Positions 39,755-50,861 are shown, counted from the first letter of the stretch. The stretch: DNA of 64,000 nucleotides from Chitinophagaceae bacterium (GCA_023957575.1 JAMLGU010000013.1:3053-67052), one strand, 5' to 3'. The notes: generated from the letters alone by a model not told the origin. Program-made: numbers and translations.

Positions 39755-40969
39755 TTAAGAGTCGTATTCTTTTTTCCAATATTCTGTTTTGCCTGATTTT
39801 ACTGCATTATTTCCCAAATGAACAGAAATTGCGGTTTGTTTGCCTTTTTCGGCATCTGCAAAAACCTTTTTGCCTGTCAATATACTCTCGGCAAAAGCCT
39901 CTAAAGCATAAACGGAAGGGTCTTTTCCTTCGTTATCTGTATATACATTGAGGCCGGTGCCATTATCAAGCGCTTCTTTGGTAGCACCGGTTACGCCGTC
40001 TAAAATGATTTTTTCTTTTTTCTTTCTTTCTACAAATAAGGTAGCCTTATTTCGTCCTACTTCTAAAGTACCCTCATTGCCATAAAGTCTGATACGATAT
40101 CCGTCAAACTCATTACTTAGAATGGATATCACATTCATTTTTACGCCATTAGCATAGCCATAAACGGCATGAACATTATCCCAACAGGTACGCCCGTCTT
40201 TATAAAAATTTATATCTCCCATGGCTGACACTTTTTCGGGGGTAGCGCCTAACAGCCAGTTGACCACGTCAATCTGATGTGATGACAGTTCGCCCAGTAC
40301 GCCACCCGATAAATGCTGGTACATGCGCCAATTTACAATTTTACCGGTTTTTGGGTCTTTACAATACCCTGATTCCCAGTCGGAATTACGATTATACTGG
40401 CACTCGATTCGGGTAATTTGGCCAATTAAATTTTCGGTAATCAGGGATTTTAAGCGAGGAAACATTTCATAATAGCGGTATTGATGCCCAATTTGCAGTA
40501 CCTGTTTTTTTATGCCCTTCATTTTTTTTGCCAGTAATACTGCCTGCTCAATATTGGTGGTCATTGTTTTTTCAAGATAAATGTGCTTACCGGCGCTTAT
40601 GGCATTCATCGCCATTGGGAAATGTTCAAAAATAGGAGTGGTAATAAAAACCGCATCAATACTTTTGTCATCCAGCATCCGACGGTAATCTGTGAAAGAT
40701 GTAGCGTTTTCACCTGCTCTTTTTAATCCACCGGCAAGATTATCGGGCATTATATCACAAACAGCAGAAACATTCAACTGATTGATATTACTGTTTTTTA
40801 TTGTATGTATTAATCCCTGCCCACGGTGCCCGGTTCCAATAAAGCCGACGTTTATGCTGTCTTTTCTATTTTTCAATATATGTATTCCCGAAAAATCGGT
40901 AAGGGCCACTCCCGCCAATCCAAATGCTGAGTTTTTGATAAAATTTTTGCGGCTGATATTTTTTTTCAT
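39755..40969 (-). CDS. Gfo/Idh/MocA oxidoreductase with Tat-like signal
   Basis: ISRKNFIK, GFIGTG.RG, LEKTM, ELSSHQID. Confidence 0.88.
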   Translation of the reverse strand: MKKNISRKNFIKNSAFGLAGVALTDFSGIHILKNRKDSINVGFIGTGHRGQGLIHTIKNSNINQLNVSAVCDIMPDNLAGGLKRAGENATSFTDYRRMLDDKSIDAVFITTPIFEHFPMAMNAISAGKHIYLEKTMTTNIEQAVLLAKKMKGIKKQVLQIGHQYRYYEMFPRLKSLITENLIGQITRIECQYNRNSDWESGYCKDPKTGKIVNWRMYQHLSGGVLGELSSHQIDVVNWLLGATPEKVSAMGDINFYKDGRTCWDNVHAVYGYANGVKMNVISILSNEFDGYRIRLYGNEGTLEVGRNKATLFVERKKKEKIILDGVTGATKEALDNGTGLNVYTDNEGKDPSVYALEAFAESILTGKKVFADAEKGKQTAISVHLGNNAVKSGKTEYWKKEYDS

Positions 40970-41042
40970 GGAGCGAATTTTTTAATAAGCAAAGCTAACT
41001 CTTTTTATATTTGAGCCTGAATAAATTAAACTGATTTTTATC

Positions 41043-41930
41043 ATGCAAGTACTGGTTACAGGTTCTAATGGTTTTGTGGGCAGCTATGTAGTAAAACATT
41101 TTTTGGAGGAAGGATATGAAGTTACTGCTACCTCAGCAAAGGAAGACGCATCTGCATTTCAATCAAACAAAAAGTATCGGTTTGTGCAAATGGATTTTAC
41201 AGATGCAGCACAGGTAGAAATTGTTTTTGAAAAGGTGAAACCCGGTGTTGTAATTCATTGTGGCGCAATGAGCAAACCTGATGATTGCGAACAAAATAAA
41301 CAATTGGCCGACCTTATAAATGTAGATGGAACGGCGCATCTGATGACGGCATCTGCACATTTTCAAAGTCATTTTATTTTTCTTTCTACTGATTTTGTCT
41401 TTGATGGAGAAAAAGGGATGCACAAAGAAGACGAAACAGCTAACCCTGTAAATTATTATGGAGAAACCAAGTTAAGGGCTGAAGAGCTGGTTAAGGGTTA
41501 TAAATTTAAATGGTCAATTGTAAGAACTGTATTTGTGTATGGCAAACCACTGTATGGCAGAGACAGTTTTGTAAGTATGATAGCAAAAAAGCTGAAAAAT
41601 AACGAATCATACAAAGTAGTGAATGACCAGTTCAGAACACCTACTTATGCAGAAGATCTGACAAGAGGAATTGGGTTAATTGTGCAGTTAAAAAGGGGAG
41701 GTGTTTTTCACCTTTGCGGAAAGGATATTTTGACACCCTATGAAATAGCCATTAAAACTGCCTCAGCGCTTCAAATAAACAATCATCAGCTTCAACCTGT
41801 TACCTGTAAAGTGTTTAAGGAAATTGCAAAAAGGCCATTGAACAGTGGTTTGAACATTGATAAAGCGAGAACTGAATTGGGGTATGAACCTTTGAGTTTC
41901 GATGAAGCACTCATGAAAAACCTTTACTGA
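41043..41930 (+). CDS. rfbD: dTDP-4-dehydrorhamnose reductase-like SDR
   Basis: VTGSNGFVG, STDFVFDG, YYGETK, DQFRTPT. Confidence 0.8.
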   Translation: MQVLVTGSNGFVGSYVVKHFLEEGYEVTATSAKEDASAFQSNKKYRFVQMDFTDAAQVEIVFEKVKPGVVIHCGAMSKPDDCEQNKQLADLINVDGTAHLMTASAHFQSHFIFLSTDFVFDGEKGMHKEDETANPVNYYGETKLRAEELVKGYKFKWSIVRTVFVYGKPLYGRDSFVSMIAKKLKNNESYKVVNDQFRTPTYAEDLTRGIGLIVQLKRGGVFHLCGKDILTPYEIAIKTASALQINNHQLQPVTCKVFKEIAKRPLNSGLNIDKARTELGYEPLSFDEALMKNLY

Positions 41931-42517
41931 GTTTTCAAAAAATTTTTTTCTCCTGCTTTGATAGCTACAGCTAATCTGTTTTCTTTGGGGGGAATAGGAC
42001 AGTTGTAAATTCCATCCAGATATGCGCAATAAGGGTTATATGCCTTGTTGAAATCCAATTCTATTTTACCGTCTTTGATTTCAGTGATTTTCAGATCAAT
42101 ATATCTGCCGGTTTCATAGGTTTCAATTCCGTTGGTGGCATCGCCAAAAGGAAGAAACAAATGATCCCAGTATTCAGGCTTTTGAATCAATGCCTGAGCC
42201 TGATAAACGTACAGTGTGAGCGCTTTGTTGGATAATTTAAAACTTAATTTTCCGTATTTTCTATAGGCTTTTGTTTTGCCGCTTGACGTGGGCACATTAA
42301 ACCAGTCGGCATTTTTAATAGGTTCAAAATTTGCCATCAGACAATAGGATTTATTCACAGGAAAAAACCGGATTTTCTTTTTATCATCACCTTTTATTAC
42401 TTCATGTGAACTTACATATTCATTCTGGTATTGTTGGGTATTTGTTTTGTATGAAGTTTTTTGAACTCCGCAAGCAGCAATGTTTACAAAAAGTATGATT
42501 ATCAGAAAGTATTTCAT
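41924..42517 (-). CDS. DUF1684 family protein (probable lipoprotein)
   Basis: LFLPFGDATNG.ETY..GRY, LDFNKAYNPYCAY, CPIPP.EN.L..AI.AGEK. Confidence 0.9.
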   Translation of the reverse strand: MKYFLIIILFVNIAACGVQKTSYKTNTQQYQNEYVSSHEVIKGDDKKKIRFFPVNKSYCLMANFEPIKNADWFNVPTSSGKTKAYRKYGKLSFKLSNKALTLYVYQAQALIQKPEYWDHLFLPFGDATNGIETYETGRYIDLKITEIKDGKIELDFNKAYNPYCAYLDGIYNCPIPPKENRLAVAIKAGEKNFLKTQ

Positions 42518-43452
42518 CCATTTGTGTTTTTAGGCGATAGAAATATTTCGGCCATCATGCATCGGGCGCTACCACCGCCATTTTGTTCAATTGTAAAAAG
42601 AGGAGCGTGAATGATAGAATTAAATGACTCTAATTTCGCTATCTGCTCTCCGGTTAAGGAATTGAAAGCCTGTGTTGACATCACTAAAAATTTTTCGCCC
42701 TGATTATTTTGTACCTGTAGCATATTGCCTGCAAAATGGTTCATTTGGTCAAAACTGATTTCAATAATTAGCTTTCCGGTTTGCTGAATGGTTTGATAAA
42801 CTATATTTCTTTCTTCCCGGTTATCAATACTTTCGAGGCAAATTACTACAAATTTGTCGGCCACACACATCATTACATTGGTATGATATATTTCCTTTTT
42901 GTTTTGATCGAGGGCGGTGAAAGAGACCGGTTTATAGTGAAATTTCCGGCAAAATTCTTCAAAAACCGATTTATCGGTTCTGGGCGAAAGGCAGGCATAA
43001 GCAATGTTGTTTTCTCTGTCGATTACCATACTTCCCGTGCCTTCCAAAAAAACACCTTTGTCTTCGTAATTTGAAAAATCAATAATTGAAGAAACTGTAA
43101 AATCTTTAGCTACTTTTTCTAAAACACCTTTTTTTCTTTCTTTCCTTCGGTTATTTGCAAACATTGGATAAAGCGCTACGCTGCCGTCGCCATGATTGGA
43201 AACCCAATTGTTTGGGAAGATTGAATCGGGCGTATGTGGGCTGATGGTATCATTTATTACCAAAACATTAATATCATGCTGTCGCAAAAGCGAAACAAAA
43301 TCGTCAAACTCCTGTTGTGCTTTTGAATTAACATTGTCGCCTTCCGATGCTTTTTGAAATGCATTATTAACGGCAGTTTCGGCATTGAAGCCAAAAGCCG
43401 CAGGTCTGATCATCAGAATGTTATTAGTAGTTTGTGTTGATTTTTTTCCCAT
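42514..43452 (-). CDS. ctlX: Citrulline-utilisation hydrolase (amidinotransferase fold)
   Basis: MIRPAAFGFN.ET..NNAFQ, PDSIFPNNW, LEGTGS, YHTNVMM, GGGSARCM. Confidence 0.85.
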   Translation of the reverse strand: MGKKSTQTTNNILMIRPAAFGFNAETAVNNAFQKASEGDNVNSKAQQEFDDFVSLLRQHDINVLVINDTISPHTPDSIFPNNWVSNHGDGSVALYPMFANNRRKERKKGVLEKVAKDFTVSSIIDFSNYEDKGVFLEGTGSMVIDRENNIAYACLSPRTDKSVFEEFCRKFHYKPVSFTALDQNKKEIYHTNVMMCVADKFVVICLESIDNREERNIVYQTIQQTGKLIIEISFDQMNHFAGNMLQVQNNQGEKFLVMSTQAFNSLTGEQIAKLESFNSIIHAPLFTIEQNGGGSARCMMAEIFLSPKNTNG

Positions 43453-44906
43453 TATTCAAATTTTAATTCATCCCTTAGCAAAGGCATGCTCATACAGTGG
43501 TAGCCACCTCTTGCGCGCGACAATTCGGCAGAAGGCATTGTTATAAACGTGTCCGTAATGTCGTCAGCAGATACGCTTCCTTCTTCTAATTGCTGCAACA
43601 AATCTGTTACATGCACCGATTTAAAACCTGCTTTCTTAAATGCTTCTAATGTTTTATCGTTTCTGTCATAACCTACCACCACACCTTCTTTTAATGCCAG
43701 TACATTACAACTGTCTGTCCACTGCTCCCGCAAATCAAAGGGAAACTCATTATTGCCGGAGTAAATAAATTTTGTTCGTTCCTTGCTTTTTAAATCATTT
43801 TTGCTCACATCCACCAATAAATCTTCCAGATTATCAAAATAAACAGGTTTTGAAGGGTCGTGCCTGTGAAACTGAATGACGCTGATGGATTCATCTTTTT
43901 TTGCAGGGTCAAGTACTTTTTGAATATCATCTACGTCTTCATTTTTGACATATTTTTTGGAGAAAATACCCAGCATCACCCACACATTTCTTTTTACCTG
44001 CGTAAAAATGGTATCAATATGCATATAATCTCGCTTGCGGGGAATCCTGACTACCGATATTTTATCTGCTAATTTTTTTTCAAATAATAAATTAACGGTC
44101 TGATGAGCAGCTGCTGAGCTGGTACGCTCGCTGATGCCAATGAGTACGTGGTTAGGGCTTACCACCATTATGTCGCCGCCTTCGAGGGTAACGCCACTGC
44201 TTTCCATTCCTTCGGGAACCAAAAAATGCAGCGCACTTTCTTCCAGTTCTATAATCTTGTTTAGGTGCTTTTTGAACAAAGGATGGTTGAAGAAAATATA
44301 TTTCATCAGCAACGCTTCTCTTGTTCGCGCTTGTTTTGCCGGTTTGTTTAGCAAAATATGGTCTTTTATCACGATTCCTATATCCCTTGTGAAAATAAAA
44401 TTAGGCACCGGAGGAAAAAGCATTTCCAACTCGTTGGAAGTGCCGCTGATAAATATTCTTGCTAAATCCGTAGGTGTATTGTGCATCAGTTCTTCCTGCA
44501 CCTCATAAGTGCAGTTTTCTATGGCGCAAACCGATGCAACCAACTTCATTTTTATTCGCTCATCGCCCAGAATTTCTGTCAGCAACCTTTCTATTTCCAC
44601 TACTTTATCGGACTGATAAAAATCATCGCTGAAGGGTTTGAAGAAATTATGGTCATTTTTTATATTATCTATTTCGGCTAACCTGCCTTTGATTACTTTG
44701 GGGTCCAAAAAATAAAGGAGTAGTTTAATGTAATAGTCATACTCTTTTCTGCGGATGGTATCTAAGTGTACAATGTCTTCAAACAGCCAGTCTTGTGCCT
44801 TGGAGGGCACCACCTTTCCCAATCCGCTGTCGGGGCTATGAACCAACAGTCTTCGCAATCTACCTACTTCGGAGGTTACATGAATTTTTTGTGTATGTTG
44901 AGGCAT
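43452..44906 (-). CDS. arcA: Arginine deiminase family protein
   Basis: SEVGRL, PNFIFTRD, LEGGD, MHIDT, ELSRARGGYHCMSMPL.R. Confidence 0.85.
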   Translation of the reverse strand: MPQHTQKIHVTSEVGRLRRLLVHSPDSGLGKVVPSKAQDWLFEDIVHLDTIRRKEYDYYIKLLLYFLDPKVIKGRLAEIDNIKNDHNFFKPFSDDFYQSDKVVEIERLLTEILGDERIKMKLVASVCAIENCTYEVQEELMHNTPTDLARIFISGTSNELEMLFPPVPNFIFTRDIGIVIKDHILLNKPAKQARTREALLMKYIFFNHPLFKKHLNKIIELEESALHFLVPEGMESSGVTLEGGDIMVVSPNHVLIGISERTSSAAAHQTVNLLFEKKLADKISVVRIPRKRDYMHIDTIFTQVKRNVWVMLGIFSKKYVKNEDVDDIQKVLDPAKKDESISVIQFHRHDPSKPVYFDNLEDLLVDVSKNDLKSKERTKFIYSGNNEFPFDLREQWTDSCNVLALKEGVVVGYDRNDKTLEAFKKAGFKSVHVTDLLQQLEEGSVSADDITDTFITMPSAELSRARGGYHCMSMPLLRDELKFE

Positions 44907-45168
44907 AAAAATATTATTTCTATAAAAAGTTCTTCATTCTGGTTTATTGTTATCCGAAAACATAACAGCATTTTTATAATTGCAAAGTACAATTAACAAC
45001 CGTCAGCAGCAAAATTAAGATTTTGTATTTGAGTGGCAAACCAACTTGTGGTTATCAATTCAAAAAAAATACTTTTATGAAGACTGAAAATGATTTTCAA
45101 AGTATCTCAGATTAAAATACGTAAATAATTGTCAAAGAAATTTCCAAAATGTTTTAGATTGCAGTCGA

Positions 45169-46065
45169 ATGAAAAAGTCATTTCTGCACTTACATATTGC
45201 AATTTTATTAGCAGGGTTTACCGGTGTGTTGGGGAAGCTGATTACACTCAATGAAGGTTTGCTGGTTTGGTACAGGTTATTGATAACTGGCGCTACATTA
45301 TGGATATTAATGACGCTTACAAAAAAAATACAGTCTCTTTCACCAAAACAAATATTGAGAATATCGGGTATTGGCTTCCTTTCGGCATTGCATTGGGTGT
45401 TTTTTTATGCTTCCATAAAATATGCTAATGTTTCTGTGGGGTTGGTTTGCCTGTCGGCTGTAGGTTTTTTTTCTTCTATTTTAGAACCGGTAATCAATAG
45501 GGTCAGAATAAATTTAATCGAACTCATTTTTGGTATTTTATCCATTTTTGGTATTTATCTGATTTTTCATTTTGACACACATTATAAAACCGGAATCATT
45601 TTGGGAGTCATTTCTTCCTTTTTTGCGGCACTATTTCCTATTCTGCTCAAATTGACAATGCGGCAAATAAACATGCAAACGGTGCTAACCTGGCAAATGA
45701 CCGGTGGATTTCTTGCATTATCATTGGTGATGCCGTTTTATCTGAAAGCTTTTCCGGTGGCAAGCGTTATTCCTTCGTTAAGCGACTTTCTCTGGTTGTT
45801 GGTGCTGGCATGGTTATGCTCGGTGGTGGCTTTTCAGTTTTCAATGAATGCTTTGAAAAAACTATCAGCCTTTACCGTCAGCCTGTCTTACAATCTGGAA
45901 CCATTGTACGGAATATTGATGGCTTTTATCTTTTTTAAGGAAAATAAAACATTAAACCAGGGTTTTTATCTTGGCCTTACCGTTATTTGCCTTACGCTGA
46001 TATTACACATGTTTTTGCTCCGAAGAACACATCGAAAAAACCGATTATTAAATTCCCCGGTTTAA
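45169..46065 (+). CDS. DMT/EamA family permease
   Basis: About 10 hydrophobic segments, HW.FFY.SI, NLEPLYGI. Confidence 0.88.
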   Translation: MKKSFLHLHIAILLAGFTGVLGKLITLNEGLLVWYRLLITGATLWILMTLTKKIQSLSPKQILRISGIGFLSALHWVFFYASIKYANVSVGLVCLSAVGFFSSILEPVINRVRINLIELIFGILSIFGIYLIFHFDTHYKTGIILGVISSFFAALFPILLKLTMRQINMQTVLTWQMTGGFLALSLVMPFYLKAFPVASVIPSLSDFLWLLVLAWLCSVVAFQFSMNALKKLSAFTVSLSYNLEPLYGILMAFIFFKENKTLNQGFYLGLTVICLTLILHMFLLRRTHRKNRLLNSPV

Positions 46066-47273
46066 AGTCCTTTCATCAATTCGTAGGTTTCTTTTGCAAT
46101 TTGCAATTCTTCGTTTGTAGGAATTACCAGAATTTTTATTTTACTGTCAGCCGCCTGAATCTCTACCGGTTGTTTGGGATGGTTTTTTACTTCGTTTGCT
46201 TCCTCATCCAGCTTTATACCAAGCGCATCTAAGTTTTTACAGGCATATTTTCTGGTAAGGGTATCATTTTCGCCCAGTCCGGCAGTAAAAATCAGGGTGT
46301 CCACACCGTTTAGAAGTGCAAAGAAAGAACCGATGTACTTTCTGATGCGGTAGCCATACATTTCGTAGCAGAGTTTAGCGTTTTTGTCGTCTTTATAATA
46401 CTTTGCCCTTACATCACGCGCATCGCTGCTACCGGCCAATCCGAGCATTCCGCTTTCTTTATACAAAATGTGTTTAACCCGGTCAAGTGTCATATTCATT
46501 TCCTCCATCATGTGAAAAATAATGGAAGGATCTATGTCGCCGCTTCTGGTACCCATAATGAGCCCGCCCAGTGCGCTAAATCCCAAAGAAGTATCCACAC
46601 TATGACCATTTTCGTCTATTGCGGTCATGCTGGAACCATTACCCAAATGTATGGTAATGGCTTTAAGTTTTGGGTTGTTCAGGTATTTTTTGGCTTCGTC
46701 ATAAACGTATTTGTGGCTGGTGCCATGAAAACCATATACCCTGATACGGTCTTCGGTATAATATTTTTCGGGAATGGCATAGCGAAAAACGTGTTCTGGA
46801 ATAGTTTGATGAAAAGCGGTATCAAACACGGCTACCTGCAATGCCTTTGGAAAAAACTTTTCGGCTGCCTCTACACCCACAATATTTGGAGGGTTGTGTA
46901 GCGGAGCCAAAGGTATCAGCGCTTTAATGGTTTCTTTTACTTCATCTGTAATTATCTGGGTATAAGAAAATTTTTCGCCGCCATGTACAATTCTGTGTCC
47001 TACGGCAGTAATGTCCTCGGGTTTGGAAATTACTCCATTTTCGGCATCGGTAAGCAACCGGGAAATGATTTCGAAAGCCACTGTATGGTCGGGTAATTGC
47101 TTATCAACAATAATTTCCTTTTCAACATCCCCTTTTACGGTAGTATGCTTAATCCTGCCGCCATTAATGGCAATTCTTTCTGCAAGGCCTTTGGCCAGCA
47201 TGGTACGTGATTCTATGTCGAAAAGCTGATATTTCAGCGAAGAACTTCCTGCATTAATTACTAAGATGTACAT
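46062..47273 (-). CDS. ackA: Acetate kinase
   Basis: VINAGSSSLK, GHRIVHGG, APLHNP, FDTAFH, YGFHGTSH, HLGNG, PTNEE. Confidence 0.97.
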   Translation of the reverse strand: MYILVINAGSSSLKYQLFDIESRTMLAKGLAERIAINGGRIKHTTVKGDVEKEIIVDKQLPDHTVAFEIISRLLTDAENGVISKPEDITAVGHRIVHGGEKFSYTQIITDEVKETIKALIPLAPLHNPPNIVGVEAAEKFFPKALQVAVFDTAFHQTIPEHVFRYAIPEKYYTEDRIRVYGFHGTSHKYVYDEAKKYLNNPKLKAITIHLGNGSSMTAIDENGHSVDTSLGFSALGGLIMGTRSGDIDPSIIFHMMEEMNMTLDRVKHILYKESGMLGLAGSSDARDVRAKYYKDDKNAKLCYEMYGYRIRKYIGSFFALLNGVDTLIFTAGLGENDTLTRKYACKNLDALGIKLDEEANEVKNHPKQPVEIQAADSKIKILVIPTNEELQIAKETYELMKGL

Positions 47274-47292
47274 AGTTGCTTATTTCTAATTC

Positions 47293-49383
47293 TTAATTGT
47301 TAGTGGATTGAATTGCGGTAATTATTACTGTATTGTAAATGTCCTCGATAGTGGCGCCACGGCTCAGGTCATTAATCGGCTTGTTCAAGCCCTGCAGCAT
47401 TGGACCTACAGCTAATGCGCCGGTTTCTCTTTGCACGGCTTTGTAGGTATTGTTGCCGGTATTTAAATCGGGGAAGATTAGAACATTTGCCTGTCCGGCA
47501 ACCGGAGAGTCAGGCATTTTACTTTTACCCACAGAAGCATCCACCGCAGCATCGTATTGGATAGGCCCCTCGGACAAAATGTCGGGACGCTTTTCCTTCA
47601 CAATGGCAGTTGCAGTTCTTACTTTTTCCACATCTTCACCCGTACCCGAAGCGCCCGATGAGTAGGAGAGAAGCGCTACCTTAGGGGTAGTAATTCCGAA
47701 AGTTTTTGCCGAGTCGGCAGATGATATGGCAATTTCTGCCAATTGCTCTGCTGAAGGGTTGGGCACAATGGCGCAGTCGCCATACACCAAAACCCTGTCA
47801 TCGAGCAGCATAAAGAATACCGAAGACACGGTATTGAATCCGGGTTTGGTTTTTACAAACTGTAAAGCCGGTTTGATGGTATGGGCAGTGGTATGAGCAG
47901 CGCCCGAAACCATTCCGTCTGCATGGCCTTTATAAACCATCATGGTGCCATAGTAAGATACATCCAGCATCAGGTCTTTTGCTGAAGTAATATCCAAACC
48001 TTTTGATTTGCGTAATTCAAATAATGTATTGCTATAGTCTTCATAATTAACACTGTCGAGCGGATTTACAATCTTAATCCTTTCTTCATCCCAATACAGT
48101 CCAAGTCTGCTCACTTTATCTCTCACTTTTTCCGGATCGCCCAGTATTGTCAGATAAACGATCTTGTCTTTGGCTAATTGCGAAGCAGCAACAATGATTC
48201 TTTCATCGTTTCCTTCGGGCAATACAATATGTTTTTGTGCCTTTTTGGCATTTACAATCATGTTATACTGAAACATTCTCGGTGTCAGATTTTCGGTTTT
48301 CACCGAAACGATTCTTTCGCTCAAAGCTTCGGTATCCACCGAAGATTCAAAAAGGTTGATGCTCAGTTTTATTTTATATAGATTATCTGATGTTATTTTG
48401 GGCTTGATATTGGCTACTTTACTGGCTGTTTCAAAAGTTCCGGTATTTACGGCCATGATGGGAATGGGTTTTTGGGGGCCATCAATCAGTTTTATGATAG
48501 ACCTTTCGGGCAAAAAACCGCCGGTAAGTACAATTCCGGCCACATTAGGATAATTGTGCGACACATTTGCCAGCATGGAACCTACAATCAAATCGGCCCG
48601 GTCGCCGGGAATAATGCTCACGCAATCTTCCAGAATACGAGGAAGATAATTAGCTAACTGCATGCCCCCAATAATCGAATTTTTAGCAATTGCATCCATC
48701 TTGTCTGCCCCAAAAAGAACATGGGCATGCAGGTATTGCGCTATTTCTTTAACGGTAGGTTTTCCTAATTCTTCATTATTAGGGATAACCGATACCTGTA
48801 TTTTGTCATTATGCAGGCGGTTAACGATTTTCTTTTGGGCATCCACTGTATTTTTGGTACATCTTGATACAAAGACACCAATTACGTTAATATCTTTTTG
48901 CAGAAATGAATTTACTTCCACAGTTACGTGGTTTACCAGTTCTGCTACGGTTTCAAAGGTATCTTTGATAACTAATAAAACGGGAATACCCAGGCTTTTT
49001 GCAAGCGAGCCGTTAAAGTCCACTTCGAAAATGGAACCTTCTTCATTGAAATCGCTGCCTTCAACCAGTACAAAATCAAATTTTTCCTCAAGGCTTTTGT
49101 ATTTTTTTATAATTCCGTCATAAACATCGTTTATTCGGCCCTGGTTTTGATACTCTGTAAGCTCTCTTCTTGAGAAAGCATAAGCATCATGGTATTCCAT
49201 ATTAATTTTAAAATGCTTTAAAATAGTCTCAATATGGTTGTCTTTTTCATTTTCATCCTCAATTAATGGCTTAAAATAGCCCACATTTGAGGTGTTGCGC
49301 TGCAGCATCTGCATCAATCCTAAGCTGACAATCGACTTCCCGCTTTGGGAAGAAGGTGTAATAACATAAACTGAACGATTCAT
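47293..49383 (-). CDS. pta: Phosphate acetyltransferase, long DRTGG type
   Basis: IVLPEG.DER, DGMVSGA.HTT, DCAI.PNP, FPDLNTGNNTYK, DLSRG. Confidence 0.97.
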   Translation of the reverse strand: MNRSVYVITPSSQSGKSIVSLGLMQMLQRNTSNVGYFKPLIEDENEKDNHIETILKHFKINMEYHDAYAFSRRELTEYQNQGRINDVYDGIIKKYKSLEEKFDFVLVEGSDFNEEGSIFEVDFNGSLAKSLGIPVLLVIKDTFETVAELVNHVTVEVNSFLQKDINVIGVFVSRCTKNTVDAQKKIVNRLHNDKIQVSVIPNNEELGKPTVKEIAQYLHAHVLFGADKMDAIAKNSIIGGMQLANYLPRILEDCVSIIPGDRADLIVGSMLANVSHNYPNVAGIVLTGGFLPERSIIKLIDGPQKPIPIMAVNTGTFETASKVANIKPKITSDNLYKIKLSINLFESSVDTEALSERIVSVKTENLTPRMFQYNMIVNAKKAQKHIVLPEGNDERIIVAASQLAKDKIVYLTILGDPEKVRDKVSRLGLYWDEERIKIVNPLDSVNYEDYSNTLFELRKSKGLDITSAKDLMLDVSYYGTMMVYKGHADGMVSGAAHTTAHTIKPALQFVKTKPGFNTVSSVFFMLLDDRVLVYGDCAIVPNPSAEQLAEIAISSADSAKTFGITTPKVALLSYSSGASGTGEDVEKVRTATAIVKEKRPDILSEGPIQYDAAVDASVGKSKMPDSPVAGQANVLIFPDLNTGNNTYKAVQRETGALAVGPMLQGLNKPINDLSRGATIEDIYNTVIITAIQSTNN

Positions 49384-49643
49384 ATTTGATTGCTTTTAGC
49401 AAATAAATTAATGTTTTGTGTGGTAAGTAAAAACGCAGGCTCAGTTAGTTCAATTGCATCTTTAATAAAAAATATTTATGAACAAACCTTTGCACTGAAT
49501 AAACTACTACACAATTATAGGTATATATTTGCATTGCAAAATTACTTAAAACCGCTTAAAGAAATTTTAGTTTGATAGCTGAGATTTATCATATAATGCA
49601 ATGTTTGACAAATAATTACCAATTATCATAAAAAACAACTGTT

Positions 49644-50603
49644 ATGCATAAAGAAAAAATATTAGTTATTGGCGCTTCAGGCCAGATTGGCGTGGAACTT
49701 ACATTAGCCCTAAGAAAAATTTATGGTGCCAATAATGTGGTGGCATCCGACTTGAGAGAAGAAAACAACCTGCTCAAAGGCGGTCCTTACGTAAGCCTTG
49801 ACGTGATGAACAAGGAAATGCTTCATGTGCAGGTGATACGTCAAAACATTACCCAGATCTATTTACTTGCTGCCATGTTGTCGGCAAAAGGAGAAAAAAA
49901 CCCCGGACTGGCCTGGCACCTGAACATGCAGGGACTGCTGAATGTATTAGATATTGCCCGCGAAGAAAACCTGAAAAAAGTGTATTGGCCTTCCTCAATA
50001 GCAGTGTTTGGCCCCACTTCGCCCAAGCAAAATTGTCCGCAAAAAACCATTATTGAACCTACCACAGTTTACGGAATCAGTAAGTTTGCAGGTGAGTTCT
50101 GGTGCAATTATTACCATTTAAAATACGGTGTGGATGTTCGCAGCCTGCGCTATCCCGGCCTCATATCCTACAAATCGGAACCCGGTGGCGGTACCACCGA
50201 TTATGCGGTAGAGATTTTTCATGATGCAATTGAAGAAAAGAAATATGTCTCTTTTCTTGAAGAAGACACTTATCTGCCGATGATGTATATGCCCGATGCC
50301 ATCAGGGCAACCATAGAACTGATGGAGGCGCCGGCCGAAAATATTTCAATTCGCACTTCCTATAATCTTTCTGCAATGAGTTTTTCGCCAAAGGAAATCG
50401 CTGTCGAGATTAAAAAGCATATCCCCGAGTTTGAAATAAGCTACAATCCCGATTACAGGCAGCAGATTGCCAATAGCTGGCCACAAAGTATTGACGATTC
50501 GGTAGCCAGAGCCGACTGGGGCTGGAAGCATGAGTATGACCTGGCTACGATGACAGAGGATATGCTCAAAAACCTTCCGGAAATTTTACAATCACAGGAT
50601 TGA
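49644..50603 (+). CDS. NAD-dependent epimerase/dehydratase, SDR-type L-threonine 3-dehydrogenase-like
   Basis: GASGQIG, PSSIAVFG, YGISK, PGGGTTDYAV, PMMYMPD. Confidence 0.85.
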   Translation: MHKEKILVIGASGQIGVELTLALRKIYGANNVVASDLREENNLLKGGPYVSLDVMNKEMLHVQVIRQNITQIYLLAAMLSAKGEKNPGLAWHLNMQGLLNVLDIAREENLKKVYWPSSIAVFGPTSPKQNCPQKTIIEPTTVYGISKFAGEFWCNYYHLKYGVDVRSLRYPGLISYKSEPGGGTTDYAVEIFHDAIEEKKYVSFLEEDTYLPMMYMPDAIRATIELMEAPAENISIRTSYNLSAMSFSPKEIAVEIKKHIPEFEISYNPDYRQQIANSWPQSIDDSVARADWGWKHEYDLATMTEDMLKNLPEILQSQD

Positions 50604-50861
50604 AAATTTTAAAAATTTTTGTATCGGAAGATTAGCGGCTTCCACAAATGACACTTCTGCCCTTACAGGCCCCTGGTGGCACCACTCAATAAGTTTGGAC
50701 AATTGTATTTCTGTGCCGGTGGCGATAATAAAAACGGAGCCGTCCGGCATATTTTTTACATACCCGGTTATGCCGAGGCTTCGGGCAGTCGTTTTTGCCG
50801 ATTGCCTGAAAAAAACGCCCTGCACCTTGCCGGTTACTATAATTTGTTTAGTCAGAAGCAT
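50592..50861 (-). CDS. acyP: Acylphosphatase
   Basis: GKVQGVFFR, GYVKN.PDGSV, QGP..A.V. Confidence 0.93.
   Translation of the reverse strand: MLLTKQIIVTGKVQGVFFRQSAKTTARSLGITGYVKNMPDGSVFIIATGTEIQLSKLIEWCHQGPVRAEVSFVEAANLPIQKFLKFSIL

Noticed and set aside
41924-50603. Convergent gene overlaps (rfbD/DUF1684, EamA/ackA, TDH-like/acyP)
   Set aside because: Overlaps of 4-12 nt at stop codons are ordinary in compact genomes
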